DNA from: an uncultured Spirochaetota bacterium | GTDB taxonomy: Bacteria > Spirochaetota > Spirochaetia > SZUA-6 > CAVTHK01 | Direction of reading: 5' to 3' | Length of the DNA stretch: 64,000 nucleotides | Assembly: GCA_963734495.1 (NCBI GenBank) | Contig: CAVTHK010000009.1 | Location: 96,001 to 160,000 of the forward strand | Part shown: positions 50,291-60,985 of the stretch, in pieces | Position numbering within the stretch: position 1 is the first letter of the stretch | Layout of the letters: each line of letters opens with the position of its first letter | The notes under the pieces: generated by a model | Seen by the model: only the letters and a program-made list of their open reading frames with translations | Told to the model about the DNA's origin: nothing | Databases searched by the model: none | Made by a program: the position numbers and the translations under genes

Positions 50291-51916
50291 ATGTTCTGCT
50301 ACCAGTGCCAGGAAACGGCGCGCAATACCGGCTGCACCGCACGCGGGGTCTGCGGCAAGGAGGCGCGCGTCGCCGACCTGCAGGACGTGCTGGTGTACGG
50401 CCTCAAGGGGCTCGCGATGCTGGCGCGCCGCAGGCGCGCGGCCGGCGGCGCGGTCCCGGGTGAGGGCGCCTTGATCATGAAGGGCCTCTTCGCCACCATC
50501 ACCAATGCCAACTTCGACGCATCGCGGATCCGCGGCCTCATCTTCGAGGCGCTCGACCGCAAGCGCTCGCTCGCCCGCGCGCTGCCCAAGCGCACCGCGC
50601 TCACGCCGATCGAATCGTGGCAGGGGTCGACCGACACGGACCTCGAGAGCTGCTTCGCCGCGGCTTCGGTGACCGGCGGCCTCGACGAGGACCGGAGGTC
50701 GGTCAGGGAGCTCATCATCTACGCGCTCAAGGGGCTCTCGGCCTACGGCGAGCACGCGCACGTCCTCGGATTCGACGATGAAGGCCTGGACGCGGAGGTC
50801 GTCGAGATCCTGGCCGCCGCCTGCGACGACCTCGGGATGCCGGAGCTGCTGGCGCTGCTCGAGCGCACGGGCAAGGCGTGCGTCGCGGCGATGGCGCTGC
50901 TGGACCGCGCGAACACGACCACCTACGGCCACCCGCAGGTGACGCGCGTCGACATCGGGGTGCGCGGCCGGCCGGGGATCCTCGTGTCGGGCCACGACCT
51001 CAGGGACCTGGCGGAGCTGCTCGAGCAGACCGCCGGCCAGGGGATCGACGTCTACACCCACAGCGAGATGCTCCCCGCGCATGCTTACCCTGCGTTCCGC
51101 AGGCACCCGCACTTCGCCGGCAATTACGGCGGCTCCTGGTGGAAGCAGGGCGAAGAGTTCGTCACGTTCAACGGCCCGATCCTGATGACCACCAACTGCA
51201 TCATCCCGGTGCGCGACGGGTACAAGGACCGCATCTTCACCACCGGCATGGCCGGCTACCCGGGCGTCCCGCACATCGAGGACCGCCGCGACGGAAAGCC
51301 CAAGGACTTCGCGCGGATCATCGAGCTCGCAAAGAAGTGCCGGCCCCCGCAGGCTATCGAGAGCGGCGAGGTCGTCACGGGGTTCGCCCACGACCAGGTC
51401 GAGCGCCTCGCGGACAAGGTCGTCGCCGCGGTCAAGTCGGGGAAGATCCGCAAGTTCGTGGTCATGGGCGGCTGCGACGGCAGGAACAAGTCCCGCGAGT
51501 ATTTCACGGACCTCGCGAAGGCGCTGCCCCCGGACGCCGTCATCCTCACGTCGGGCTGCGCGAAGTACCGCTACAACAAGCTCGGGCTCGGCGACATCGA
51601 CGGGATCCCGCGCGTGCTCGACGCCGGGCAGTGCAACGACTCCTACTCGATCGCGGTCACGGCGCTCAAGCTCAAGGAGATCTTCGGCGCGAAGGACGTG
51701 AACGAGCTGCCGGTCGACTTCGCGATCGCCTGGTACGAGCAGAAGGCGGTCTGCGTGCTGGTCGCGCTGCTGGTGCTCGGCTTCAAGGGCGTGCGGATCG
51801 GGCCGACGCTCCCCGGTTTCGTTTCGGAGGGCGTCAAGCGCGTGCTCATCGAGCGCTTCGGGCTCAAGGCCACGAGCGACGTGCCGTCCGACCTGCGCGC
51901 GATCGTCGGGGCTTGA
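50291..51916 (+). CDS. hcp: Hybrid cluster protein (hydroxylamine/NO reductase)
   Basis: MFCYQCQET..GCT..GVCGK, SGHDL, YTHSEMLPAH, TTNC, GGCDG, GCAK, GQCND, WYEQKA. Confidence 0.96.
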   Translation: MFCYQCQETARNTGCTARGVCGKEARVADLQDVLVYGLKGLAMLARRRRAAGGAVPGEGALIMKGLFATITNANFDASRIRGLIFEALDRKRSLARALPKRTALTPIESWQGSTDTDLESCFAAASVTGGLDEDRRSVRELIIYALKGLSAYGEHAHVLGFDDEGLDAEVVEILAAACDDLGMPELLALLERTGKACVAAMALLDRANTTTYGHPQVTRVDIGVRGRPGILVSGHDLRDLAELLEQTAGQGIDVYTHSEMLPAHAYPAFRRHPHFAGNYGGSWWKQGEEFVTFNGPILMTTNCIIPVRDGYKDRIFTTGMAGYPGVPHIEDRRDGKPKDFARIIELAKKCRPPQAIESGEVVTGFAHDQVERLADKVVAAVKSGKIRKFVVMGGCDGRNKSREYFTDLAKALPPDAVILTSGCAKYRYNKLGLGDIDGIPRVLDAGQCNDSYSIAVTALKLKEIFGAKDVNELPVDFAIAWYEQKAVCVLVALLVLGFKGVRIGPTLPGFVSEGVKRVLIERFGLKATSDVPSDLRAIVGA

Positions 51917-51920
51917 TCGC

Positions 51921-54860
51921 TCAGGTCGGGGGGGGCGCGGGACGCGTCGCGGCGCGCGAAGGGGCGACGCGGCTCTTGACGCCCTTCCAGCGCTCCACGA
52001 GCAGCTTGCGGATCTCGGCGGCGTCGATCTCGCCGAGCTCGACCTTTTTGCACGACGCGTAGAGGGCGCTGAAGGTCTCCTGCAGGTACGCGGCCAGCTC
52101 GGGAGACGCGGGGCGCGCCCCGGGCGCCGGCGGCGCCGGTGCCGCCGACGCCGCGGCCGGCGCGGCTGCCGCCTTCATTTTTGGTCCTGCTTTGAGCGGA
52201 TCCAGCTCTTTCGGCAGGTCGACGGCGATCTCGAAAGGCTCGTACGCGCTCACCGGCTCCGAGATGCCCTTGATCCTGATGGCGCCGATGGCCTTGCTGT
52301 TGATGTAGTCCCTGACCTTGTCCTGGACCACGTCGGAGACCAGGGCGGAGCCGGCCCTCGCCGCGGCCTGCAGCCGCGCCGCGATGTTCACGTCGTTGCC
52401 GAGCACGTCGCCTTCGCGCCTGAGCGCCTCGCCATAGTGGATCCCGATCCGCACGTCGATCCGCTTGCGCTCCTCCCGGTAGCTGTTGAAGCGGGTCAGC
52501 GCCTTCTGCAGCCGGACCGCGGCGAGGGCGGCGTCGAGGGGCGACTCGAAGACGAACAGGTGACCGTCGCCCATCTTCTTGATGAGCTCGCCGCGGTGCG
52601 ACGTCACGACCGGGAGGAGCACGCCTTCGTAGTCCTGGATGAACTCCGCGAGCTCCATGCCGGAGAGGCGCTCGGCCTTGGTCGAGTACCCCTGGATGTC
52701 CGTAAAGAAGACCGCCAGGTTCTGCACGTGCTCGCGGTCGAACTGGTAGCTCCTCTTCTCGCTCAGGTGGTCGAGGCTGACCTCCGTCTGCCCGCCGGTC
52801 TGGCCCGCCTCCTCTTCGCCGCCGGGCAGGAGCAGGCCCACGATCGCATCTCTCGCCGCGTCCGACTCGGCGCTGAGCAGCGTTTCCCTCAGGCCGAGCT
52901 GCACGCTCGAGGCGCCGGTCCCGAGCAGCGGGAAGAGGACCGGGACGATGGTCGGGCCGACCGAGCCTTTGAGGCCCTGCAGCACCTGGGCCTGAACTTC
53001 GGCGCCGCCCTTGGTGAGGAGATCGCGGATCACCTTGAGCGAGTACTCGTCGCCCAGCCTCCAGAGGAGGCACGCGGCCCTCGCCTGCAGGCCGCTGGCG
53101 CCGCCCCGCAGCGTCTTGTAGAGCATCTCCACGAGCGCGTCGCGGTTTCCGATGCTGCCGCGCGTGACCATCCGGTTGAAGATGGACAGGCACAGGCCCT
53201 TCTTCGCTTCGTCGCATTCCGGGAACAGGAGCCGCAGCGGCTCGAACGTCGCGGCGCCCGCCCTCGCGCCGATCACCTCGGCAATGCGGGCGGCCACTTC
53301 GGGGTCGGTGCTCAGTCGCAGTCCCTTGAGCAGCAGCTCCACAAAGGAGTCCTCGAGCGCGACGTCGAGCGACGCCAGCGCGTCCATCAGGTTCAGCAGC
53401 ACGTGCGCGTCGGCGACGGCGCCCAGGAGCTTGATGATGGCGGGCGCGACCAGCTTCCAGTCGAGGTCCCTCAGGAGCCTGATCGAGGCGATCGCCAGCA
53501 TCTTGACCCTGATCGGAGGCGCGAGGCACCGGGCGGCGATCTCCGACGCGAGGCCGCGGTCGACGGGAGCGATGGCGGCGAGGGCCGCCTCGGCCAGACG
53601 GTAGAACCCGGCCGCCTGGCTCCACTCGAAGATGTCGGCGTAGCATTCGGCCTCGTCCCGCGGCGACGCCGGACGGTAGAGGCGCGAGAGGCGCAGGCGC
53701 CGCATCAGCCTGTAGAGGAACACCCTCTTCTCCAGGCGGGCCAGCGCGAGGTCCCGCATCACGAGACCCGTCACGTGGCGCTGCGGGTTCCTGATGATGC
53801 CCACGAGCGCCTTGTATCCGTTGACGTGGCACGCTTCCAGCCTCACCGCCGAGGCCTTGAGCGTCGCAAGCATCTCGGTCTCCGAGCGCTCGCGGCTCCC
53901 CTTGAGGTAGTCCACGAGCGCCTTCTTCAGAGCCTCGTCGCCGTAGTACTCCAGGTACTCCCGCGACTTCGCGCTGTCCGACGACGGTCCCGCCTCCTCC
54001 GCCGGCCGTCCCGACCTGGCGAGGTCCTCGAAGAGGGCGCGGATGCTCGCGAGCGCTCCTCCCCTGATCGTGAAGGCGAGCCGCGGAGAGGCGCCGCGCG
54101 AATGGCTCTCCATCCGCTCGATCGCGATCCATGCTTCGCCCTCGATGGCGGGATCCGACTCCACTCCCTCCCAGAGCATGCGCGCGATCGGCGCGAGCCG
54201 CGCCGGGTCGTCGGTCTGCCTGATCGCCCGGTAGGCCGCCAGGCGCACCTCGGCGTCGGGGTCCCGGAGGGCCTCATGGAGAAGGGACCCCGCGGCCGGC
54301 ACCGCGTGGATCCCGGCGATCGAAACGAGCCGGCCGCGGTTGGGCGGCGGGAGGGTCTTGTAGGCCTTGATCCCGTGCTCGACGAGCCGGGAGGCCAGCG
54401 CCGCGTCCGCCTCGGCCCGCGCGAAGACCTGATCGACGTACTCCCCCTCGGTCTCCGACAGGAGCCCTTCGGGCGGGCCCCCGGCGCCGTCCACGAGCAG
54501 GAGCGCGGCCGCGCTCGCGCGCACCGCCGGCGGGAGCAGGGTCGAGCGCGCGCTCCCGGCCAGGAGGTCGCGCACGCGAGCGTCCCCGGGCGCCGCCTTC
54601 CACAGGCTCTCCAGGATCGTGGAGCGCAGCGCCTCGTCCTGTGTCACGTTGTAGAGGTCGAGCAGGATCCGTAACGTGTCGGGGTGCCCGATCGCCGCGG
54701 CGGTCTCGACCGCGGCTCTCCGCACCTCCTCGTCCTCGTGCGCGAAGAGCTTGCAGACGAGGGCGAAGCCGTCGGGGCTCCGCATCCTGGCGAGCGCCGC
54801 CAGGGCGGAGAGGGCGACGACGGGCCGCGAATCGAACAGGTCGGCCTGCACGAGGGCCAT
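51921..54860 (-). CDS. HEAT/ARM-repeat protein with a C-terminal class III adenylate cyclase (start uncertain; the frame is open to 55022)
   Basis: HEAT-like repeats (DEEVRRAA, DAEVRLAA); FTDIQGYS, KKMGDG, RIGIHYGE, DVLGNDVNIAARL; promoter TTGCCC-N17-TATGAT at 55022-54994. Confidence 0.85.
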   Translation of the reverse strand: MALVQADLFDSRPVVALSALAALARMRSPDGFALVCKLFAHEDEEVRRAAVETAAAIGHPDTLRILLDLYNVTQDEALRSTILESLWKAAPGDARVRDLLAGSARSTLLPPAVRASAAALLLVDGAGGPPEGLLSETEGEYVDQVFARAEADAALASRLVEHGIKAYKTLPPPNRGRLVSIAGIHAVPAAGSLLHEALRDPDAEVRLAAYRAIRQTDDPARLAPIARMLWEGVESDPAIEGEAWIAIERMESHSRGASPRLAFTIRGGALASIRALFEDLARSGRPAEEAGPSSDSAKSREYLEYYGDEALKKALVDYLKGSRERSETEMLATLKASAVRLEACHVNGYKALVGIIRNPQRHVTGLVMRDLALARLEKRVFLYRLMRRLRLSRLYRPASPRDEAECYADIFEWSQAAGFYRLAEAALAAIAPVDRGLASEIAARCLAPPIRVKMLAIASIRLLRDLDWKLVAPAIIKLLGAVADAHVLLNLMDALASLDVALEDSFVELLLKGLRLSTDPEVAARIAEVIGARAGAATFEPLRLLFPECDEAKKGLCLSIFNRMVTRGSIGNRDALVEMLYKTLRGGASGLQARAACLLWRLGDEYSLKVIRDLLTKGGAEVQAQVLQGLKGSVGPTIVPVLFPLLGTGASSVQLGLRETLLSAESDAARDAIVGLLLPGGEEEAGQTGGQTEVSLDHLSEKRSYQFDREHVQNLAVFFTDIQGYSTKAERLSGMELAEFIQDYEGVLLPVVTSHRGELIKKMGDGHLFVFESPLDAALAAVRLQKALTRFNSYREERKRIDVRIGIHYGEALRREGDVLGNDVNIAARLQAAARAGSALVSDVVQDKVRDYINSKAIGAIRIKGISEPVSAYEPFEIAVDLPKELDPLKAGPKMKAAAAPAAASAAPAPPAPGARPASPELAAYLQETFSALYASCKKVELGEIDAAEIRKLLVERWKGVKSRVAPSRAATRPAPPPT

Positions 54861-55205
54861 GCCCTTGCGCTCCCGGTCGAACGCTTCGACGAGCCTGTGA
54901 ATCGTGACGCGGGACTGCTCTCCCTGAGGCAGCTTTTCCGTTTGGCACTCTCCGTTCCCGCCGAAGGCGCCGAGGCGACCCTCGCCGCCTGCCATCATAG
55001 GCCGCCGAGCGACGCTGGGCAATACGCGGAAGCCCCGGGAAGCCCGGGGAAGCCAGGTCAGGCCCCGGGCAGGCCCCGCGCAGGCAGCCGCGCGGAGGAA
55101 TCAGCGGGGGACGAGCGGGCGCTAACGAAGGGATCAGCACCCGGCGGCGAGGTCCTTCAGCTTGACCGCTCCTGCGAGCCGCGGCCACCCCCGCCCGCGC
55201 GCTTG

Positions 55206-56989
55206 TCAGCAGTAGCGAGGCAGGGTGAGCCGCATCCAGGTGTCGTCGTAGCAGCCGTAGTACGCGTGCATCACGCGCCGCGAGAGGTCGCAGAGCGCGA
55301 CCGCGCCTTCGATGCGCCGGCCCCTGGGCGTCACGGCGTTGTGCCGGTAGTACGACGGAAACTTCCGCAGCGGCGACAGGAAGTCGATGAGCGCCTTGGC
55401 CGTGCTCGAGGCCGATCCTGCGGGGCCGCCCGCGCGGGCCGAGCGCCGACCGGATCTGGTGCGTGAGCTCGTCGTAGCGCCACTGCAGGTCGTCCTCGCG
55501 CGCGGCCGCGACCAGCGAGACCCACTGCCCCATGGAGCAGAGCCTCATCTCCGGAGTCAGCGCCTGGTTGGCCGCCACGAGGAGGTCGCGGCCCTGCTCG
55601 CGCTGCGGCGGGAAGTAGAAGGAGCGCGGGACCGCCTTCTGCTTCCAGGGCTCGCGCACGCGGGTGTGGAAGCGGCCCCCGGCCGCCTCCTGGGCCGCGC
55701 TGTGCCGCTTTCCGAACATGGCGAAGAGCCTCTCGTTGAGGGCCGCGAGATCGGAGGGCGGCCGGTAGTCGCTCGTGCGCACCATGACGCCGCGGGTGGC
55801 CGGGCCGATACGGGTGCTTCTCGAGCACGGACCGGCAGCGCTGCGGGACGTAGGAGAGGCCGTCGAGGGCCTCGGTCGTCATCCCCGCCTCCACGGCCGC
55901 GGCGCGGCCGCTCCTGCCGTCCGCCACCACGTACAGCCAGGAGACGCCTCGCTGCGCCTCGACGATCGTGTCCACGGCGTCCTCGAGGCTCCGCGCGCTG
56001 TCCGCGCAGCGGCGGGCCAGGAGCAGGGAGTTGAGGCCCGGTCTGCGGAAGTTGCAGTTTTCGGCGGGCAGCATGTCGACGCCGACGGCCACGCCTCGGA
56101 CGTTCATCGCGGTGATGCTTCCGACGAGGCCGGGGGCGGTGAGGCTCACGATCGGGAGGGCGCCGCTCGCGTGCTGTCGATCGTTGCCGACGTCACGCCG
56201 ATCGCCGCCCTCGCCCGCGTCCTCGAGCGGGTTGTGCACGATCAGGCAGCAGGTGTCCTGGAACACGGCGGCGGTCGCGAACATGAAATCGCGGCCGAAG
56301 TAGCAGCCGCCGTCGTCCGTCAGGGATCTCCCCAGAAAGAAGGCGTTGCAGGCCAGCGGGACGCGGAGGTGCCGGGCGCGCACGCGCGGAACGCGGATCG
56401 CGGCGGCGAGCCGCCGGACGAGGCGCGATCTTCCGCGCAGCTTCGCGAGAAAGGCGTCGAGATCGGGGACCCAGTCGAGCAGGTGGACCCCCGTGTACAC
56501 GTAGGACAGGAGGAAGTCGATCCCCGTGTTCAGCAGGAACAGCTCGCGATAGGTCACCCGCGTCGCGGGGTTTCGCGCCCTGCATCCCGCGACGGTCCCG
56601 CGCAGCTCGTCCTTGAGGCACTCGGGGATGTCGTCGGGGTGGCGGTAATACGTCTTGAGGCAGCGATGGCGTAGAATATCCATCAGGCGCGCCTTGAGCC
56701 TGCGGAAGCGCAGCGGGTGGAACAGGGCGGGAGCGACGAACGCGGGCACGACGTTGTCCACGAATTCGCTCGCCATGCGCTCGACTCGCTCGCACGCGAG
56801 GTACCCGATGAGGTATCCCCGCTCCCGTGCCGGGCCCTCGACATAGAGCGCCGTGCGGTTCGGGTCGAGCACGCTGCGGGCCAGGATGCCGCGGCAGCCG
56901 TGATAGCGCTCGATCCGCTCGACCGCGTACCCGTCGGCTTCGAACGCGGCCCCGAGCTCCGCATCCGATCGTGGCACGCCGCCCCTCAT
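55206..56989 (-). CDS. Peptidase C45/AAT-like Ntn hydrolase (frameshifted)
   Basis: ERGYLIG, ELRG, LACNAF (N-terminal nucleophile Cys after cleavage), GRDF, PGLVGSITAMN; later segments ANQALTPEMR and YYGCYDD. Confidence 0.65.
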
Positions 56990-57074
56990 GTTCTGAAGTG
57001 TAGGGCAAGCGACGCGCGGCCTCAACCGCATTCGAGACACCGCGGGCGTCGATCGCGCGCGACTCAGCAGCAGG

Positions 57075-60000
57075 CTATTTCGCCTCGCGCGAAGCGGGGC
57101 ACAGCTTCCGGATCACTTCGCTCAGACGCTCGAAATCGACGGGCTTGGTGACGTAGTCATCGAGGCCCGCGTCGGAAAACCGGGTCTCGTCCCCCTTGAG
57201 CGCGAAGGCGGTCAGGGCGATCACGGGTATGCGGGCCGCCGGCCCCTCTCGACGGCGGATGCGCCGCGTGGCTTCGAGGCCGTCCATGACGGGCATCTGG
57301 ATGTCCATGAGCACCACGTCGAACGCGCCCCGCTCGAGCGCCTCCAGCGCCTCGGAGCCGTTCCCGGCCGTGGTCACGACGTGGCCGCTGTCCTCGAATG
57401 CGGTCTTGAGGAAGAGGCGGTTGACGAAGTTGTCCTCGACCAGCAGCACCCTCAGTCTCGGCAGGCGCGAAAGGACGCGGCCGGCGGCCGAAGGCGCGGC
57501 GGGCGTGACGTCGGCCCGGTGGACCTGCGACGCGCCGATCGGCAGGGTGAAGAAGAATGTGCTGCCCGCTCCTTCCTGGCTCTCCACCCCGATCAACCCC
57601 CCCATGAGCTCGACCAGGCGCTTGCTGATCGTGAGGCCCAGCCCGGTGCCCTGGTGGCTCGGCCGCGTGACCGTGCCGTGAAGCCTCTCGAAGCTCTGGA
57701 ACAACCTGTCCCGGCTCGACGCCGGAATTCCGATTCCCGTGTCCGACACGGCGAAACGGATCCGCTCCCCGCCCTCAAAGGGTCTCTGCAGCGTCAGCGT
57801 GATCCCCACTCCGCCCTTGTCGGTGTACTTGAGCGCGTTGGAGAGCAGGTTGGTCAGCACCCGGGAGAGAAATTCCTGATCGGCCTGCACGACCTGCGGA
57901 ACGCTCTGGTCGATGTCGAGCGCCAGCGAGAGGCTCTTCTGTCTGGCTATCACCGAGTATGTGTTGACGAGGCTTTCCAGCAGGGGCCGCAGCTCGATAG
58001 GACCCATCGTGAGCTGCACCTTACCGCTTTCGATGTACGCGAGGTCCAGAATGTTCCCGACGATGGCCAGCAGCGATCGGGCCGACTCGCGGATCATCTC
58101 CACGAACTCCCGCGCTTCGTGCTCCCGGATGCGAGGCTCGAGCACTTCCGAAAGGCCGACGATCGCGCTGATCGGAGTCCTGATCTCGTGGCTCATGTGA
58201 GCGAGGAACTCCGACTTGGCCCTGTTGGCCCGCTCGGCCTCCTCCTTGGCGGCGAGCAGGTCGCGCTCGGCCTGAGTGCGCTCGGTGATGTCCAGTGTCA
58301 TCGCCATGGCGGCGATGACGCCGCCGCTGTCATCCCGCAGGGGGACGTACTGCGACCAGAGAATGCGTCCGTCGCGCTCCGCCTCGTATCCGTCGGACGC
58401 GCCCGCGAGCGCCCTGCGGAATCGCTCCTCGAGGAGCCTGGCGGTCTCCTCGTCGTGCGCCTCGCCGATCCTGCGTCCCTCCATGTCGCTGCGGGTCGGG
58501 CCCAGGCGGGCGAGCAGGCTTCCCTCGACCGCGAGGTAGCGGAGGTCGGGTCCCACGACGGACACCGAGCCGTCCGGGATGTTGCGGGCGATCGTGCGAT
58601 AGATCGTCTCGCTGCTGCGCAGCGCGGCCTCCGCGGCCTTGCGCCAGCCTATGTCCACGCCGTGCACGACGAAGCCGCGCTGCCGCCCGGTCTCGTCGAA
58701 GTCGGGAGAGTACGAGCCCTGCACCCAGCGGCTGCTGCCGCCTGGAAAGAACAGCTCGCTCTCGTAGGTGACCTGCTCTCCGGCCAGAACGCGCTGCACG
58801 TAGGGACGGACTGTCTTCCAGGCATCTTCGCCCAGGACGTCCCTCACCCTCAGTCCCCTGATCTCTTCCGTGCTGCGCCCGAACCACTGCTCGTAGCCCC
58901 GGTTGACCCTGCGGTAGCGCCCGTCGGCGCCCACGTAGGCGATCAGGGCCGGCGCGGCGTCCATGATCGTCCGCAGCTCGTTCTCCCGGTCGCGCAGCGC
59001 GCGCTCCGCGCGATGGCGCATGAGCGTCTGCACGACGACGGGAGCCAGCGCCTCCAGCCCGTGCAGGTCCTCGTCACGATAGCCGCCCTGGCGGTTCGCC
59101 ACCGCGATGATGCCGACTGTCCTCCCCGACTGGGAAAGAGGAACCCCGAGAAAGCCGGCGAGAGGCGGATGACCGTCGGGGAGGGTGATACGCCCGGCGG
59201 GCTCGTTGACAAAGATGCCCCTGCCCTCCCGGAGCACATCGCGGCAGATGCTGTGGTCTCGCAGCCCCATCGAGGGCTCTTCGCCCGGCCCCGAAGGGCC
59301 GGCCCCGCGGCATGCCGCCCGCGCCCGGTCGCTGATCGTGGCCGCGCCGAGCGACCCGTTCGAGTCGACCTCCGCGAGAAAGCTGATGGCGCTGCCGGTC
59401 ACATCCTCGGCCACTGCCAGGCAGATGCGTCGCAGCGCGTCTTCGGATTCACAAGTCATCGCCTCGGTCAGGATCCGGTTGATGCCCAGGAGAAGGACGT
59501 TCTGCCGGTGCAAGGTTTGCTCGCGCGCCTTGCGCGCGCTCACGTCGCGGACGACCGCGAGGACCGCCGGTTTGCCCAGGTAGTCCACGCGGATGGCGGA
59601 GACCTCGATCTGGATCGGCCGTCCGTCGACCGTGAGCGCCTGCAGCTCCCGCGCCTGCCTGGCCGGATCCGCCTCCGGCCGGGGTTCCGCCTCGAGGGAT
59701 CTGCGTTCCGCCGGGTGAAGCAGCTCCGACAGCGGTCGCGCCACGAGTTCCTGCGGGGTCGAGGCGCCGAACAGCCGGACCGCGGCCGGGTTGGCGAAGA
59801 GGCAGCGGCCCTCGCTGTGGATCAGGATGCCTTCGGGCACGAAATCGACCAGGGTGGAGTAGCGCCTCAGGGTTTCCCGCAGCAGGTCGACGGAGCGCAG
59901 CCCGCCCGAGCGCCGGACACCCGCCGCGGCGGCGACGACGAGGTAGACCCCCCCGAGGTACTGGGCCGCGCGTCCGACCCAGGCGTGCACGCTGGCGTAG

Positions 60001-60704
60001 TGGCTGATGCCGAGCACCGCCTCGTACCCGATCACCATCAGGGCGAGCCCCGGCGCGTACCAGCGCAGAAAGACCGACCGGCTCCTGCGGCCGATGACGT
60101 GCAGCAGGACCGCGGATGCCGCGAAGCCCGCCATGGCGCAGAGCAGGACCACCTGCCTCACGACAGTCGGGCCCCGGCCCTCGACGAAGAACGGGGGAAG
60201 GGCGTTCCGGTATGCCGCCCACACCACGATCGCTTCCACCAGCAGGGCCGCGCCGTAGACGACGGCCAGCCGGATCCAGGAGTCGCGCCGCGACCGCGCG
60301 ACGGACGGCGGCAGCAGCAGGCGCACGGCCGCGGCCAGGTTGAAGGCGCCGGCCATGCAGCCTGCCGTGTTCTGGATCGTGACGTTCGCGTTGAAGCTCG
60401 TCCACGGCGACTGAAGCCCTGAAAGGAGGCTCGCGCTTCCGAAGACCGCCATCGAGGCGCCGAGCAGGAGGTTGGCGATACTCCCGCCGCCGAGGGTGCT
60501 GCGGGCCGAAAGCGCCGCCACGAGGAGGCCCGCCACGCCGAGGAAGAGGAAATTCGTGACGGGCATCAGCCACAAGCCGTCGATGAGGACATCGCCCCCC
60601 GGCAGGACCTCGAGCCCGACGGCGATGATCAGAAAGGCGAGCACCGGAAGCCAGACGAACCGCGTGACTGCCTCGGGCGCGGGTGAGCTTGGGTCACTTT
60701 TCAC
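57075..60704 (-). CDS. Membrane hybrid sensor histidine kinase (TM bundle-PAS-GAF-PAS-PAS-HisKA-HATPase-REC)
   Basis: About 8 TM helices; MSHEIRTP, NLLSNALKYT, DTGIGI, GTGLGL, VLMDIQMPVMDG, KP. Confidence 0.95.
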   Translation of the reverse strand: MKSDPSSPAPEAVTRFVWLPVLAFLIIAVGLEVLPGGDVLIDGLWLMPVTNFLFLGVAGLLVAALSARSTLGGGSIANLLLGASMAVFGSASLLSGLQSPWTSFNANVTIQNTAGCMAGAFNLAAAVRLLLPPSVARSRRDSWIRLAVVYGAALLVEAIVVWAAYRNALPPFFVEGRGPTVVRQVVLLCAMAGFAASAVLLHVIGRRSRSVFLRWYAPGLALMVIGYEAVLGISHYASVHAWVGRAAQYLGGVYLVVAAAAGVRRSGGLRSVDLLRETLRRYSTLVDFVPEGILIHSEGRCLFANPAAVRLFGASTPQELVARPLSELLHPAERRSLEAEPRPEADPARQARELQALTVDGRPIQIEVSAIRVDYLGKPAVLAVVRDVSARKAREQTLHRQNVLLLGINRILTEAMTCESEDALRRICLAVAEDVTGSAISFLAEVDSNGSLGAATISDRARAACRGAGPSGPGEEPSMGLRDHSICRDVLREGRGIFVNEPAGRITLPDGHPPLAGFLGVPLSQSGRTVGIIAVANRQGGYRDEDLHGLEALAPVVVQTLMRHRAERALRDRENELRTIMDAAPALIAYVGADGRYRRVNRGYEQWFGRSTEEIRGLRVRDVLGEDAWKTVRPYVQRVLAGEQVTYESELFFPGGSSRWVQGSYSPDFDETGRQRGFVVHGVDIGWRKAAEAALRSSETIYRTIARNIPDGSVSVVGPDLRYLAVEGSLLARLGPTRSDMEGRRIGEAHDEETARLLEERFRRALAGASDGYEAERDGRILWSQYVPLRDDSGGVIAAMAMTLDITERTQAERDLLAAKEEAERANRAKSEFLAHMSHEIRTPISAIVGLSEVLEPRIREHEAREFVEMIRESARSLLAIVGNILDLAYIESGKVQLTMGPIELRPLLESLVNTYSVIARQKSLSLALDIDQSVPQVVQADQEFLSRVLTNLLSNALKYTDKGGVGITLTLQRPFEGGERIRFAVSDTGIGIPASSRDRLFQSFERLHGTVTRPSHQGTGLGLTISKRLVELMGGLIGVESQEGAGSTFFFTLPIGASQVHRADVTPAAPSAAGRVLSRLPRLRVLLVEDNFVNRLFLKTAFEDSGHVVTTAGNGSEALEALERGAFDVVLMDIQMPVMDGLEATRRIRRREGPAARIPVIALTAFALKGDETRFSDAGLDDYVTKPVDFERLSEVIRKLCPASREAK

Positions 60705-60985
60705 ATGGCACCGTCGAGGGGCGCGCGCCCTCCGGCGTCAGCATGCCCCTCGGCCGTCGAGTGTACCGGATGCGCCGACCGGCCACAAGGCGCCGGAGAG
60801 CGGCGGCGGATCGCGGCCTATCGCGGGCCCGGAGAAATCTTCCAGGTGAAGGCGGCTGCCGGGAAGCGCGAGACTGCCAACGGACCGCGCTTTCGCTGGC
60901 AGGAGCGTTTGTTGCCTTGTTCGGCACGAAAGGCCGCTGTATCATGCGGTGTCCACGATCATCCGGCCCGGAGGCGGCCGCTCCC

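Noticed and set aside
51643-60422. Long Arg/Ala/Pro-rich alternative-frame ORFs (e.g. 51643..54132, 52437..54674, 57381..60422)
   Set aside because: Stop-poor shadow frames overlapping well-supported genes, with no motifs.
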